A DNA stretch of 64,000 nucleotides from Hyaloraphidium curvatum SAG 235-1 (GCA_025558095.1 JAIVFI010000019.1:434001-498000); one strand, 5' to 3'. Numbered from the stretch's first letter, positions 9,721 through 23,537 are shown. Numbers and translations are program-made. Notes: generated by a model not told the origin, from the sequence alone.

Positions 9721-12700
9721 CTACAGGCCCTTGGCCTTGGTCTTTGTGGTATCATACATCCGAATGAGCGTTGCCTGGCCAGACTCATTCTGGGAAAATG
9801 CGTAGCCTCTGTTCCTTTTGAGCCTCTGGATGAGTCGGACCTTATGAACTGCCTTACGGAACCACTCCATCCTTGGTCGATAGTCCGGGATGTTGTAGCG
9901 TTGAATCTCCTGCACAATGTGGTAGTCCTTTGCCCTGTACGTCCGTTGGTAACTGGAGCAAAAAAGTCAGATGACCGCCAGCCCGAGGAGACGAGATGCA
10001 CTTACTATTTCCAAGCATAATCTCGGATGAGGCACGCAACGGGAATAAGGATGATGACAAACCAGAAGACCGCACCACCAAACAGCACCCCTGACATGCC
10101 CTCCAATTCCATCGACATCCCCATCAACGGAGCGACCAGGGCATAGAGAGGAAGGAAGAAAAGCACCCAGAATAAGATAGAACCGACGTAGGAGATGACT
10201 TCGAATTTGGTCCAGTAGCTGCGAGGCGTGAAAGTCAGTTGCGCGCCCGAATGCCACGTCAGGGAAACCAACTTTGATATCAGTGCAGCCTTGAGCACGA
10301 CAGTGACAATGTCCACTGTGTAGACAAATCCGGTGCCGAGCATCCACAGTCCGGCAACGACGCCGCTGGAGAGAACTGCGGATTCACCCCATGCGAGGCA
10401 CGTCAAGTAGTACATCATCTGGGCATCGCGAGAAGAGTTAGGCAACCCTCCGCGGGAGCCGGTGATCAACCAACCGCAGAGTGGAACACAGCATTTAGCG
10501 TCCAGCCCCAGAACACGGCCACGTTGAACTGCAGGGGATCCGTGTCAGAAAGTCCCATGCAACCGACGTCAGAAAACGTACGAAGATGCTCTTCTGACCG
10601 GCCTTGTACAACTGAGGATAACGGTCAAGCATCCGCGCATTCAGGTACTGGTCGAATATGCCAATCGCAACAGGAGGGAACACGGTAAGGATCACGTTGT
10701 ACGCGCTCAACGTCCAAGATTCGAATAGAGTCTGGCCAACGGTTCAGCGGCAAAACAAAATGCGAGGGCCCAGTGCGGCTTACCTGGCCAGAGAAGGCGT
10801 TGTCGAGGGCAAACTGGATATGAAGAAGACGTAAGCAGAGTTTCGGGGCACGTCAGGCAGCGGACGCACCCAGAACTGAATCATGTACAGCGCTATGTTC
10901 TTGTAGAACGAGTAGAGGATCATCTTCGACAGGCGGTTGTATGACCACCCGCCGTGTACGAGCAGCAGCTTGCGTAGGTAGCGGAACTGCGATATCGCAA
11001 AATCCGAAGACCGCGCTGCCTGGAGTCCCTCGCGGCCATTGATCCCGATCCCTGTCGAGGAGATACGGTTAAAGGCGGGATGCGCCGCGCGGGCTCCATC
11101 AACAAACCGATGTGAGCCGCCTGAATCATGCTGACGTCGTTGGCTCCGTCACCGATCGCAAGCAAAACGGAATCCAGCTCCCTCTTGACAAGCTTGACTA
11201 CCAATGCCTTCTGTAACGGGCTCACTCGACAGCAAATGACCGCCTTGCAGAGGCACGCGAGCTCCAAGAAGAGCAGCTCCAACTCTGGGGTCAGGGCGAA
11301 GTCTAGCGTCCGACCGTCAATGATGAGCGCCAGAGGCTGGATGGTGTGTCAATGCATGCCTCTCGATGGAGGTCGGTGCGCATACCTGGACGTCAATCTC
11401 GGCAAGCCGCGCGCGTCGGCCCATTTGCCACCATTTTCGTTTCGAGATGGGCCCCCCCCCGAGCGAAGATACGCTGCCTCTGACAGCCAAAAGCTTCCTC
11501 TCCAAAAACTCCCTGGTGTCTTGAGGATTTGAAGCATTGCAGATGAGCAGAGACATCTCTTCGTTTAGAAGCTTGCAAGAGTAGCCGATGTTGATTGCAG
11601 TTTCTTGGCGGTCGCCCGTCAGGACGAAGATTTTGATACCAGCCTGTCCACGGAGCGCCGTCAACGCAGTCCTGAGAAGCAAGAAGAGGGAAACCTACCA
11701 GTTGGAGTGTGTGGATGGTATCCGGCACCCCATCTTGAAGCTTGTCCTCGATCGCCGTCGCCCCAAGCAGGAAAAGATCCTTCTCTATCAGCTCTGCCGC
11801 CCGATCGAGCTGCGCGCGTGTCAGGTGTTAGTGAGGCGCGGCGACACTTAATCAAGCCGCCGAACCCGACCTGATTCTGACGATCCGAAAGGGATGTCGC
11901 AGCCTTGTCGTACACGGCACTCCAAGCTTGGTACTCGCTGTCCGATACCTCACGGACGGCCAAACATAGAGTGCGCAATCCATCAGTGGCGTAATCCTCG
12001 AGGTTTGCGACCGTGACGGAAACGAAAGGGTTTCCTGGACTCAAACGCTCAAGTATCACCGTGTCAGCGCCCTTGCAGTAAAGCTTTATCTTGCCTGTGT
12101 CACAGTCAGAGGAGCCCCAAAGGTGGAGCACAACCACTCACCGTCCGGGCCGCGCACGATGGCGCTCATCCTCTTCCGTGTGCTGTTGAACTCGCAAATG
12201 TTGAGGATCTCGTACTCCTGGTCGACACCTTCGACACTGATCGTCACACTCCGTGGGCGACGCGTCTGGGGAGACCAGATGTAAGCCCGAGCTAATGAAA
12301 TGAATCCGAACCACATACGTGGAAGACGTAGCCCAAGTTGGCAGCGCCTTTGACGAGTGCGCCTTCATCCGGCGATGAAGCCTGGTAAATGACCTCTAAC
12401 AACAGGCATTTTATGGTCATCGCAGTGGAAGCTCGTTGACCTCAACACACCTCCGGTTTCGTCAGACGTTTCGGGAATGACAGTGTGGCAGACGGCAAGC
12501 AAGGTCAAGAACTCCTGGATGTACCCAGCATTCTTGCCGACTTTGGAGTCTTCCACGAGCTTCTTCATGTCATAGAAACCCTGCGAGGCTACTGTCAGAG
12601 CGGAACAGGACCACAAGGCGTCCTCACGAACTTGCTCGGCACCACTTTCGTCCACGCGGGCGCGCTTGTCCTCTGGCACCTTCGTGGCATACGACCTGCC

Positions 12701-14789
12701 GGCTATGGTGCACATTTGGAACTCCATGACGTTCGACGTCAGAGTTCCTGTCTTGTCCGAAAAGATGTAGTCGACTTGACCGAGCTCCTCCACGAGCGAC
12801 GACATCCGTGCCACCGCAGGCGCGTCCGTCTCCTCGTAGTACATGTCCAGATCCCAGTTTATGAACAGGGCGTGGACGAACTTCACGACTTCCATGGTTA
12901 CCATAAGACTTTGGGCAGTGAGAAGGAAGCAGTGGGCGCCGAAGGACCAGGCCCACCTGATCGGAATGAGGTTGTTGAAGAGGATGACATAGGTGAGGAT
13001 GTTAAGGCCGAAGTAACCCCATGCGGTGCCGACGTCGTTGACCGTTTGACCGAGCGAGTTCAGGTTCAGGAAGTCGGCCTCCCACGTTCCATAAAGCTGT
13101 CCCACTGTCAGCGCGGAAAACGATCACCCCCGGCGCACACACCGTGCGAACGAGCGTGCCCGAAGCGCAGACAATCGACATTGTCATGAGAATCAGGAAG
13201 AGGAAGATGATCTGAATGTTTGTCATCCGCTCCACGGACGTTTGCTTGATGGGAGTGGCGCTGTGGAACCACGCAAGCGCGATGAGCAATTGCCGCCCGA
13301 TTCGGAACCAAGGCACCCACGAGGCGTTCCTGAGGAGCTTGGTTTCGTGACCCGTATTGATGACGATGCTGTAAGTCCAGCGGGTGTTTCTCTGCTGGGC
13401 GCCCTGTTGCGGATGTGAACAACTGCAGAATGCCGGGTGCAGCGGCTGACCTACCCTCAAAAGAAGCTGCGTGGGCGATAGGGCAACATCCCGTCCGTTG
13501 CTCAAGCGGAGAACGCCTTCATATGTGTATAGCGAGCTGTTGGGCGCCTCCGAGCGAAGCACACCTGCGGCGCCGATCTAGCCTTTGAAACCGGAGTTGC
13601 CGACAGCTAACCGTACCTTGAAGCTGGTTTGCTTCCAACGCCGTGGATAGCTTCGCAGTCTCAGGCAACCCCTGCTTGACCTTCAGGTTCGTTTCTCTGA
13701 AGCCGACCAACGTCAGTCCATGTCATGCTTGTCAGTGATCCATGCCCACCCGTCCAGGTTGCTGGTCTCGATGTAGCAAAGAGCATCAGGCTCACTGCTG
13801 CTGAGCAGAACCAAGTCGGCCGGGAAAAACTCCAGGTTCTCCAAACGAAGGATGTCGCCGACTTTGAGATTCTTCCACTTTTCGTCCACAAACTGCGTCC
13901 CTCTCAGGACCTTGCAGAGGCGCGCGTTGGTCTCTGCGTCGCTCTGATGCCGTTTCTGCCGCGAACGGAATCAGTCACAGCTCCGTGGGCGTCGCGAAAG
14001 GACGAACAAGGTCCTCAATGATCTCCTTCACGGCAGAAATGAGAATGACGATGGTCAGAGGGATGACTGTCGTGTACCGATTGAGGGGAGAGACTCCGGG
14101 GATTTGCTTTCGCCGCCACAGTGAGTTCGAGCCCGGTCCCAGCAACGGTGGGGGACGCACCTGGATGCAGGCGGTGAAGAGGAAGAAAATGTTGGCATAC
14201 TTGGAGAATTGCTCGAACAGGAACTTCGGCAGAAAGGTCAGAGCGTTGTACTTGGCCGTGCTGATGCCGTTGTGGAGGTATTTCGCCTGCCCGTTCCGGA
14301 TGGGATCGTTGATGTAGATGGTCCGCTCGGCACCCCGTGACTGCGCGACCCTCGTGGGTGAGGACGACAATTCGCAAGGCCGAATCACCGCCTGCTCACT
14401 TCCTGGTCGCTCTTGCCGTCTCCTTCTCCCATGGTAGCGGGATTCGCGCTCCGGCTCCCGCCAGCGTAGTCCGCAGCCTCCAGCCCGTCCTGCAACTCAT
14501 TCGGGTCCTCGACGTCACCCGTTTGTCCTTGCCCATTGGCAACGGCACGTCCCAGGGAGCTTTGTGCCCCGGAAACGTGTCCGGCGGACGGAACCCCGAC
14601 GCCATGGTCCGCCAGTAGCGGGTTGTCGTCCGAGATGGGGACGTACGGCGCCTCGACGTCGTCATAATCGTCGTCGTCCAGGTCGAATGGCGACCTCGGA
14701 ACAACCGACAGCGCGCTCGGCCCGCCTCCGGGCCGGTCGTCGAACGGGTTCATGTTCGCAGAACCGGTGGGTGTCGGGGGCTGTGCCAT
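9721..14789 (-). CDS. DRS2: P4-type phospholipid flippase ATPase (Drs2/ATP8A), multi-exon
   Basis: [90 protein letters not shown], and C-tail EIQRYN...RGYAFSQ...YDTT ending at 9721. Confidence 0.97.
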
Positions 14790-14972
14790 GCACCCGCTGT
14801 AGTGCTCAAGTCACCATCGCCGTCCATTTTGGTCAACTTCAAGAGAGCTACACGGAAATAGAGAAATCGAAGTCCGCCTTGGACGCATAAGTAGCCAAAA
14901 ACCTTCTCGCGGATACCATGGCCTTGATCGGATCGGAGAAGGCGTCGAGTCCCGTGATCGGTGACGTCCGTC

Positions 14973-16121
14973 CTACATGGCACGAGACACAACTGTGAGT
15001 GGACGCTGCCTCTCGTTAGGCATGCTCCGCCGAGCCTCACCAGAGGCATCCAACTCCCTCCACTTCCGTTCCGCAGCCGCGACCTCCTCCTTCAGAAACA
15101 AGACTTGCTGGCACATCGCTTCGGATTCCTGGTGATGGAAGAACATCAGGCCCCGGCGCCGGAGCATCGAACGCCGTACGCACCGCTTTCAAGGAGCTAT
15201 CGTCCCCATCAAGCGATTTCTGCTGCAAAGAGCTGGCCGACTTTGCAAGATGATCCTGGCGTCTACGGAACTTGAACACGGCACACAGGCCGTCCAGGCG
15301 TCGCCTGTTTACGGCGCGTGGGCATCAGTGTGAGAAACGTTTCGAAAAAAGGGGTCCTCACCCCAGATCCACCAATGTGGGATCGTCTCCGTGCCCCACG
15401 TCAGTAAGCACATGAGCCAGGAACTTCTCGGTTGTCTTGTCAACCATTCGTGCACCAAACCCATGCTCGAGAAAATAAGTGGCAGACGCGAGGTAGTGAA
15501 GACTTCTCAAGGGGCCACGAGGAAGTCGCTCTGCTTGGTGTTTGTGGTGCCTACCCCGATCGATTGCGGTGTTTGCCGAGGCCCTCTGTGCGGAGTCGGA
15601 CCTTACAAAGGGCAGAGGGTGAGAACGAGGTAGTGCTACCAGAAAAACGACCTCCACCTTTCAGATCCTCTGACCGACTGTGAGCCGTTGGCGGCACCAG
15701 CCGAGGCCACCGGGGCCGAAGAGGCACCTTGTGCCCGATCCACGTCTGATTGCCTCCGTTGTCGCCCGTGATCATCAGCACGTCTCGAAGCCTCTCGCAT
15801 CGTATCGGTTGTCCCCACAGCGTTCCCCGGACCCAATTCTCCTTCCCCGCCGGCGGGATCGCCTGGCGTAGTCTTCCGACGTTTGGCCAGAGGGACATCA
15901 TCCTCTTCGACATTGGCACTCGGTCGACTCCGCCGAGAGGCAACCTCAGTCCATTCCGGCAAGGCCGCGCTCGGAAGTGGAGGTAGGGGCCTGTCAAAGA
16001 CCTGATCGAGGCCTCCCGTGAGACACAATGCCCATTCAGCTGAACAAACGATGGCCACCTGGTACATCTTTCGAATGCCCTCAAGGTCCGTCCGTCGGAG
16101 CGGAACTGCGACGTTCGCCAT
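14973..16121 (-). CDS. Putative AFF/AF4 C-terminal homology domain (Ebp1-like) protein, multi-exon
   Basis: Exons assembled from ORFs 15636..16121, 15358..15600, ~15180-15305 and 14973-15130. Contains GRHHKHQAE...LHYLASATYFLEHG, RRLDGLCAVFKFRRRQD and AAERKW, plus the NLS-like PLAKRRK. Confidence 0.55.
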
Positions 16122-16205
16122 TGCGGGCGCACGCTGTGCGAACGGAGGTGTGTCGATCGTGTCTGATCGGGCTCGTTGCGAACCACCATTCGAATCTCCG
16201 TCTCG

Positions 16206-19200
16206 ATGGAGTTGGACCTGTCCAGGGTCAGCGCCGATGACTTCGAAGCGGACAAATGTAATTGGATTTGGGACTTTGACCATGCGCAGCACCAACGGCC
16301 ACCACTCCAGTCCTCAGGGCTGCGCTGTCAGGGGCAGACCAGGCGACTGTCCTCAGGGCCATTCAGGACGCGAAGGAACGAGCCTCCGCCGATTTGCAGC
16401 GCAATGTGTTCCGGAATTACTTGAGTTTCGTCGCGATCTCGAAGGATATAGCCAAGGTTCGTGTTTGCTCGGCTGCAGCTGCGGGCCTCGAGTCAACTCC
16501 ATCCTAGCTGGAGGACGACATGCTTGTACTGCGGAACTTGGTCCAGGACCTGAGATCCGTGGCGATGGAATCGGCGGACGAAGACTACACGGACCCGGCT
16601 CAAGGTTAGGGCCGCGTGAGGATGGAGGCGCTCGACACCAACGACTTCGGCAGATGGACCTGTAAGGGCGAAGGAGTTTCAGGACCAGGCTGCCAGCAGT
16701 CTTGCGAGCCAAACGGGACGTAGGCAGCGCTCGAAGAACTACTTCGAGCTCGTCGAGAATCTTTCCGTTGGTGTTCCCTCCTGTACGTCTCGCCTGACGC
16801 TGACACTTCGCGGCACAGCGGCACCTGCCACCGAATCCGTCCAGGCAAACCCTGCGAGAGGGCAGCGTTGTGTTGGACGCAAGCGCGGGGAGCACGAGGT
16901 CCGCGCACCCCGCAACTCTCGTGCTGTTCACGGATGCACTGGTCGTAGTCAGCCGCAAGTGGCCGTCCGTTGGAGCCCAAAAGATGACGCTCGAGCATTG
17001 CTGGGGCTTGACGGACGTTGCCGTTATCGATTTAAAGGATGGGCCGGGTAAGCCGTGCTTGGCCTTCTTTGCAGTTTACACGAGCTCGGGGCACAGATGT
17101 TACAAACACGTTCAAGATCATCAAGCACCCTGACGTATTCTTCTGCCGCTTCTCGACCGATGACGAAAAGCGCTCTTGGCTCGCAGCGGTGAAGAAGGCT
17201 ACGAACGACTACCTTGTGGCGCGGCGCGCTGAGCGAGAGAGCGCGGCGCCAGCGGAGAAAGCGGAACAACGTATCGCCCAGCCCGTTGCCCCGGAGGATG
17301 TGCCAGCTCGCGGAACATCGCTGCGCGTTTCGACGTCGAAGGAGGCTGCTGACCCCGCGTTGAGCCTTGCTCAATGGCAATGGTTAAGCAACCTTCCGGA
17401 CGAGCTTGACGTTTGGATCGCGCATCGCGAGTACGACACTGCGACGAACGAAAGCAGGCGTGGTGAGCGCTGGACCGTGGTTGTCATGTATGCCCACCCC
17501 TCATGATCACAGCTCTCGACTTCTTCAAGTCTGTGGGCTCCGACAGGGCGCAGCTCAGCGACCTGCGCAGCAAAATCCAGGGCAGGATCAACGAGCTCTC
17601 GACCAGGATCCGCCGCGATCTGGCCAACCCATCCTCGACAAAGATTGTGGCGCGGCGCAGCATAGACTTGCTCTGCCGCCTTGGCCAACCGGAAAGGGTG
17701 CGTGACCTTTTGGACCTAAGCCCGACCAATCACCTCAAAACTGTGGTTCAGGCACGAGAAGCTTTCTTGAAGGCGCGAGAGTCCATGATTCAGCACCGTG
17801 TCAGGCAAGTCTCGATGGGATGCCAGTTTCCAATGGTCTTACCGCATGTCATGACAGACAACTGAACTTCGACGGGGACATCTCGGCGTACATTTCGCAG
17901 CTGGCGATTGTTTTCTTCACCCTGCTGCGTAATACCTGCGAATGGTACAACGACGCGTTCAAGGACCCAGCAATGACATCTGGTACGACTCTTAACGGGC
18001 GCTAAGTGCGCTCTGGCCCTGACCACAGCGCTGCCAGGGTTCCTCAAGTGGGTCAAGCTACAGATAGAGCATTTTGCGGCAGTGTTCCGCAGCCAGGTGT
18101 TCGAGTCTGAGCAGCCCTTCAGCGTCATCTCGCAGTGCCTACAAGTCGCTGTCGAACAGGCACAATCGGTGGGTGCCTTCTAGCTTAGTCTGTCGCCAGA
18201 CTTTGGGATTCACCTATGGCGATCTCAGCTTCGAGATGTTGGATTGGATTTGACCTTCTTGCTTGAGCATCTCTTTGTTCCGTCCAGCAAGGATGCCGTT
18301 CTGGACTACACTGAGCGGGAAAAGGACAAAATCCTCGCTGCGCTCGACAAAGAGACTTTCGCATCGGTGCCTCTGAGCGAGCCGGATGGTTCACCAATTG
18401 CTACGGAGCCAGGCGCCAAAGCGTCTGCGACATACATGCTCTTCATAAACACCATGTCGCGCTTTCTCTCCGATGTATCTCTCCTGGGGACGATCACGGT
18501 AAGCCTCAACAGACTGGTTTCTGGACAGCTCTGATAAGCAAGGTTCAGTTGTACGATACAATTATCCGCTGCTTCATGAGCTTGCTGTCTGCTTTCGTGA
18601 ACGGAATAGGGGCTCGACTAGCAACCCGCAGTCTTTCGGATTCGCAGGTAAGCTGGGAACTCTGGTTACCCTCGGAATTCCTATCAATAGGTTCGCAGAC
18701 AATGATTGCCATTGCGGACGGCATCAACGCAGTGGACACACTGATCCCGGCCGCCAGCGAGCAACTGAGCGTGGGGACATCGACATGTTTGGATGCCGCC
18801 AACAACTGACGTCTTTCCAGGCCCTGTTTGATCGGCCCATTTTGGAGCTGGAGGAGGCTCGCACGAGCCTGCTGAGCACCGTGCGCGAAATGATAACGGA
18901 CTACTGCGATTGGCGATCAAGGAAGCTGCTATCCGATCAGCATTATCCGTTCGCAAGCGTGGACTACTCCAGCAATGCCTCGATCCCCGACAGTGCGAAG
19001 CCCTCGGTTCCGATTACGCGCTTTGTGGTCTCCTTGCACAGCGTTGCCCTTGCTGTCGTGCCGCCTATCGACAAGCACGACGTCGTTAGCCGATGCATCG
19101 AAAATGCCATGGTCACAATGACGCAACGTGAGGGAGATCGCTCGCTCTCCTACCTTACCCTTATCGCCCGTGAACAGAGGGCTGGGAGACGAACAAAGGC

Positions 19201-19676
19201 ATGAGAGCCTTTGGATTTGGAGGCGTTCAGCAGCTTGTTTTGGGTAGGACGCGGACAGGTGATCACTGCCGTATGACCTCTAACCCCGATTTGCATTGCC
19301 AGACATTCACTTCGTGCTCCGCATATGTGAGAACTACATCACCGACAAGACTAACGATGCTGCAAATGAGGTCTGCGAGAGGGCTCTGAGGGCGTACTTT
19401 GCACAAAAGAAGGAGGGCCCCAGCGGTACGCTGAAGGTTCGGGAAGCCGTCGTGTTCGTACATCCGGACCCTGATATCTCCTCCGGATCGGTAGAGCGGG
19501 GAGTGGTACGACAACCGGTGAGTTAGTTTCTGCGGAGCTTGGTGAAAGAAGCTAAGGCATTCATCCGCCTCAGAATTGATGGTAAGCTTGAACGCCCAAG
19601 GAGATTGCATGCACTAATAGCTCGCGAAGACGTCCTTGCCGCCGCGGAAACTGAGTTCTCTGCATTCCTTTCGTAA
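16206..19676 (+). CDS. EXO84: Exocyst subunit Exo84 (Vps51-like N-terminus, PH domain, helical C-terminus), many exons
   Basis: DLQRNVFRNYLSFVAISKDI, PH-like LVLFTDALVV...LEHCWGL, LPDELDVWIAHREY, QLNFDGDISAYISQLAIVFFTLLRNTCEWY, FGFGGVQQLVLDIHF. Confidence 0.9.
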
Positions 19677-19734
19677 CTACAACACGCACACGGACCATGC
19701 GTAAGCACGAATGACAAAGTGGCGGGTACGCCTT

Positions 19735-22700
19735 CTAAATCATCTGCGGCATCATCTTGATCTTCAGCGCAGCAACCCTCATGTGCAAAGAGGCCAGAAC
19801 TACAGACAAGGTTATGATGTTAGATGAGACAGCTCTCTTGCTTCCAACCTAGCCACCACTCACATTCCGTGACCATGCGCTTGTCGTCCTCGGTCAGCGT
19901 CCAAGCTCCGCTACCGAGCGACGCATCCCACAGCGGTTGCACGGCAGCGGAGACGACATACTTGTCCGAGTCGGCTTCGTCAAGCAGAGCCTCCAGCAAT
20001 GCGATGCCACGCGTGTAGAGGGTCTCGCACTCCAGCAGCACATCCGTCCGCGCGGGATTGTTCTTGCTCACGGAGAGCTCCGTCACGGCGGCCGACCTCG
20101 CCATCTCCAGAACCCGCTCGTAAATGACCTTCTCCACGGCGATAACATCCTGGCCATGCAAATCCAGGTCCGGCACGTCGGTGGATTGCTCCATCAGACG
20201 GCGGCACCTCTCTGCCCCTTCCAAACAGGCTGTGAAACCGTCTCGAGTCAGACGGACGAGCTCTGCAAGCTTGTTGACTTCGGTGGTGAGATCCTTCGGC
20301 ACATTGCCGTGCGAATCCGCAGCCGACGGAGAGTTCCTGGCCGGATCGTAACCACGATGCACACGCCCCGGCGGCGTGGAAGACGGCGGAGTGGTGCCAT
20401 ACGGTGAAGAACCCGCGGCGAAGCTCTGCGCATAGCGGAACGTGTCGAAGCCGACCCGCGCAGTGTCGACCCCTTTTTGGAGAATGTGAAGCGCATGCAG
20501 ATAGAGCTGCAGAGGAATCTCCGCGATGGCGGGGTCGAGATCGCCAGTCGCAAGGTACTCGTCCGCAAAGCGCTGCAGCGCGCGACCGCGCTCGAGGATC
20601 CGACTCAAGCGGAACACGATCGGGTGTCCCTCATCCTGCGACGAAAGCACACCGCTGTCGCCCCTGCGCACCGCAGCGCCTTGGCCGCCCTGGTAAGAAC
20701 CAGGTGATCCGGCCAGGTCACGGTTCGAGCTCCCGCGAGCGGCAGCGAGGAAATGAGGCACGCGATCCATCCCGCTCGGCTGCGATCTCGGGGAACGGGC
20801 GTAGTTTTCGACCTCGTCGGCGAGCCATTCAACCTCCACTGCGCGCTTGCTGATGACAACGTATTCGTCCGGGTCTTGCATGCTGTCCGAGGGACCTCGG
20901 CTCCTGACGTAGCCGGAGCCCATTGCCCGATCAGCACGACCGGCGCCGCGGGACGACGACTTGGAATGCGAAGACGAGAAGCTGGCCGACCTCCCGGTGC
21001 CTTCGCCGGCCACCCCGTAGGCCGGATCTGCCGGAGCAGGTCTTGGGATGGCAACCGCAGCTCGGGAACCTCGCTGAGGAGGCAGGTCTTCATCACCGTG
21101 GTTGATGATGTAAGCACCTTGGGGAGGATCCGAGAACGCAGCAAGGCCCCCTGCGTTGGCTTTGGAGTTGTTCGCCGAGCTGTTCCGCCTCATTGCAGCC
21201 GAGGTCGCCGAAACTATACCCTTCATCCGCGCATCGGCCTCGCCAGCACCGAGCACGGCCTCGCCGAGACCCATGCCGGAAGAACCGCGACGCACAGGCA
21301 GAGCTGGATCGGCATTCTGAGGTGACGCGCCGTCAGCTTCGCCCACCGCCTCGACTGGCTGGGCCTGATCGACCGAGCTTGCGCGTCGATACTGCGCGGT
21401 GACGATGTTCTTTGGCGCCGAGGTGTTGCGATGCAATGCTCCGAGGCCTGCAAAACCCTGGTTCGGAGACAGGGACGACGGTCGCCGAAGCTTCTCCAGT
21501 TCGTCGGGGAACTCATGACGGTCTGTGTCGAGCGACGACGACGGCACCCCCATCGGCCCAAGCATCATCAAATTGTTGGCCGACACAGGGTACGCAAAGG
21601 GAAGATCGTTAGGCGCCGAAGGGGGGTAAAAGGTCCGGTAATCGTCGTCACCGGCCTCCGCCGACGGAACGGGGACCGGTTTCGATGCGGTTGCGGCCGC
21701 CGACTCCGCGGAAGTGGGCGGCGAAGGCGACACGTCGGAAGAAACGACCGATCCGTTGCTGGACTTGCGTGCGGGCACCAGCTGAGCGAGGCCGCGGGAC
21801 ACCGACGCGCGTTCCTCCGCGAGCGACGTGCTTGCCCTGCGCGGCACCACAACGTGCTTCCGCGGCCCGGAGGGCTTGGAAAACTGGCCAATGCCATCGT
21901 CCTCCTCGATCTGGATCTCGTCCGCACCGTCCGCATCAGTGCCCTCCAGTCGCCCGGAGAAGCCTTCCGACCGCGCGATCGCCTGGTGCGCGAAAAACTC
22001 GTCGAAGGTCATGCGTTCCGAAGGCTCGCGACGCAGCAACCGGCGCACGAGGTCCTTCAGGTCGTCGGCGATGCGTGCGTCCGGGTCCAAAAAGGCGTGG
22101 CGCGACGAGCTGGACTGCGGCGAAGAAGATTGCTCGTCCGGCCACTTTACGTGGCCGCTCTTGCCGCTCTCGATGCGCTTGAGCAGCTCCACGTGGTTGC
22201 GAGCCCGGAACGGCACACGGCCGGTCACCATTTCGTAGAGCACGATCCCGACCGACCATAGATCGGCCTTGGCATCGTAGCGTTCGTGGCGCAGTATCTC
22301 CGGTGCCATGTAGAGGGGGCTCCCACAAAGCGTGGATGCCAGCGACATACTCGGCAGCAGGCGCGCAAAGCCAAAGTCGGCCAGCTTCAGGGTCGGGAGA
22401 GGGAGCGAGAACGAAGCTGAGAGGGATCCGTTCCCGTAGGTGCCCGGGCGGGACGAGAGGAGGAGGTTTTGCGGCTTTAGGTCCCGGTGGATCAGGTTGT
22501 GCGAGCGAAGAAAAGTGAGGGCCGATCCTGCGAGGGGGCGTCATTTCGAGGCCCCGTGGATCGAAGCGCGGACCGACCTAACTGGCCGAGAAACCAGCGT
22601 GCAACCTGCTCGTCAAGGCCGCCCCACGGGCCCTCGTACAGGTTCCTCGCGCCCCGGCCCTCGACGTTTGGCCGGACCGGGGGCGTTTCCGCGGCCTTGC

Positions 22701-23184
22701 CGACGAGGCCCTTCTTCTTGATGAAGTCGCTCAGGTCGCCCAGCTCGCAGTACTCCATGAGCAGGTGGATCTGCTTGTCCGTCTTTTCCGTGCCCCACAG
22801 CGCGACGATGTTGGGATGTCGCAGGGTCCGCAGGATGCGGATCTCGGACTCGAGGTTCTCGGCCAGGCGGTGGTCCAGCCGAGACCGATCGACGGACTTG
22901 ATGGCCACTGCGCGGGCCGTCAGCGCCGCAGACGGGCAGCCGGGACGCTGGTACCCACCGAGGACCGGCATGCCGTCGGAGGCGTAGCGCACGCCGTACT
23001 TGCCGGGGGTGCCGTGGTCGCCGGTGCGGCCCGGCGGCCCGGCGAACGTCTCCTTGTGGTTGCCCTTGAAAACGGTGGCAAATGAGCCGGAGCCGATGCG
23101 CTCGCCGAGGACATAGGCGCCGACGAGCGTCGCGGGCGTCGGGGGCAGGACGAGGGGGAGTTCGTGGGGCAGTTGGTCGGACAT
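19735..23184 (-). CDS. ATG1: Autophagy Ser/Thr kinase Atg1/ULK
   Basis: [78 protein letters not shown]-terminal tandem MIT-like region ([19 protein letters not shown]). Confidence 0.96.
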
Positions 23185-23537
23185 GTCGGAGGAACTCGCG
23201 GGAGGCCCACGGGCCGGGAATACCCAGCCGCGCAATGGGCACGGCGCCCTGAATGCGTCTGCGACGTGCGGGCCTCCGGTCGGGCCCCTGGGGCTGCCGG
23301 GGCACGGTCACGCGCACCGCGAGATTGCGTGTGGGGACGCTGGGTGCGGTGCGGCATCCGAATCCGATCCCCCTCTCACCAAACATATTTGCGCGATGGC
23401 CAGACGTCAGAATCAAGTATGCAAATACAAACAAATGCAACGCAGCGATGGTAATCCGTGCCGAGATCTAGTTCCCCCCTGCCGCGTCCGCGAGCGGTCC
23501 AACCCCCTCGCCAAAGTCGGAGAACCGCGTGCAGGCC

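Noticed and set aside
9544-10020. 158-aa plus ORF or further TE fragment
   Set aside because: It is antisense to the last DRS2 exon (EIQRYN...GYAFSQ) and its 3' UTR.
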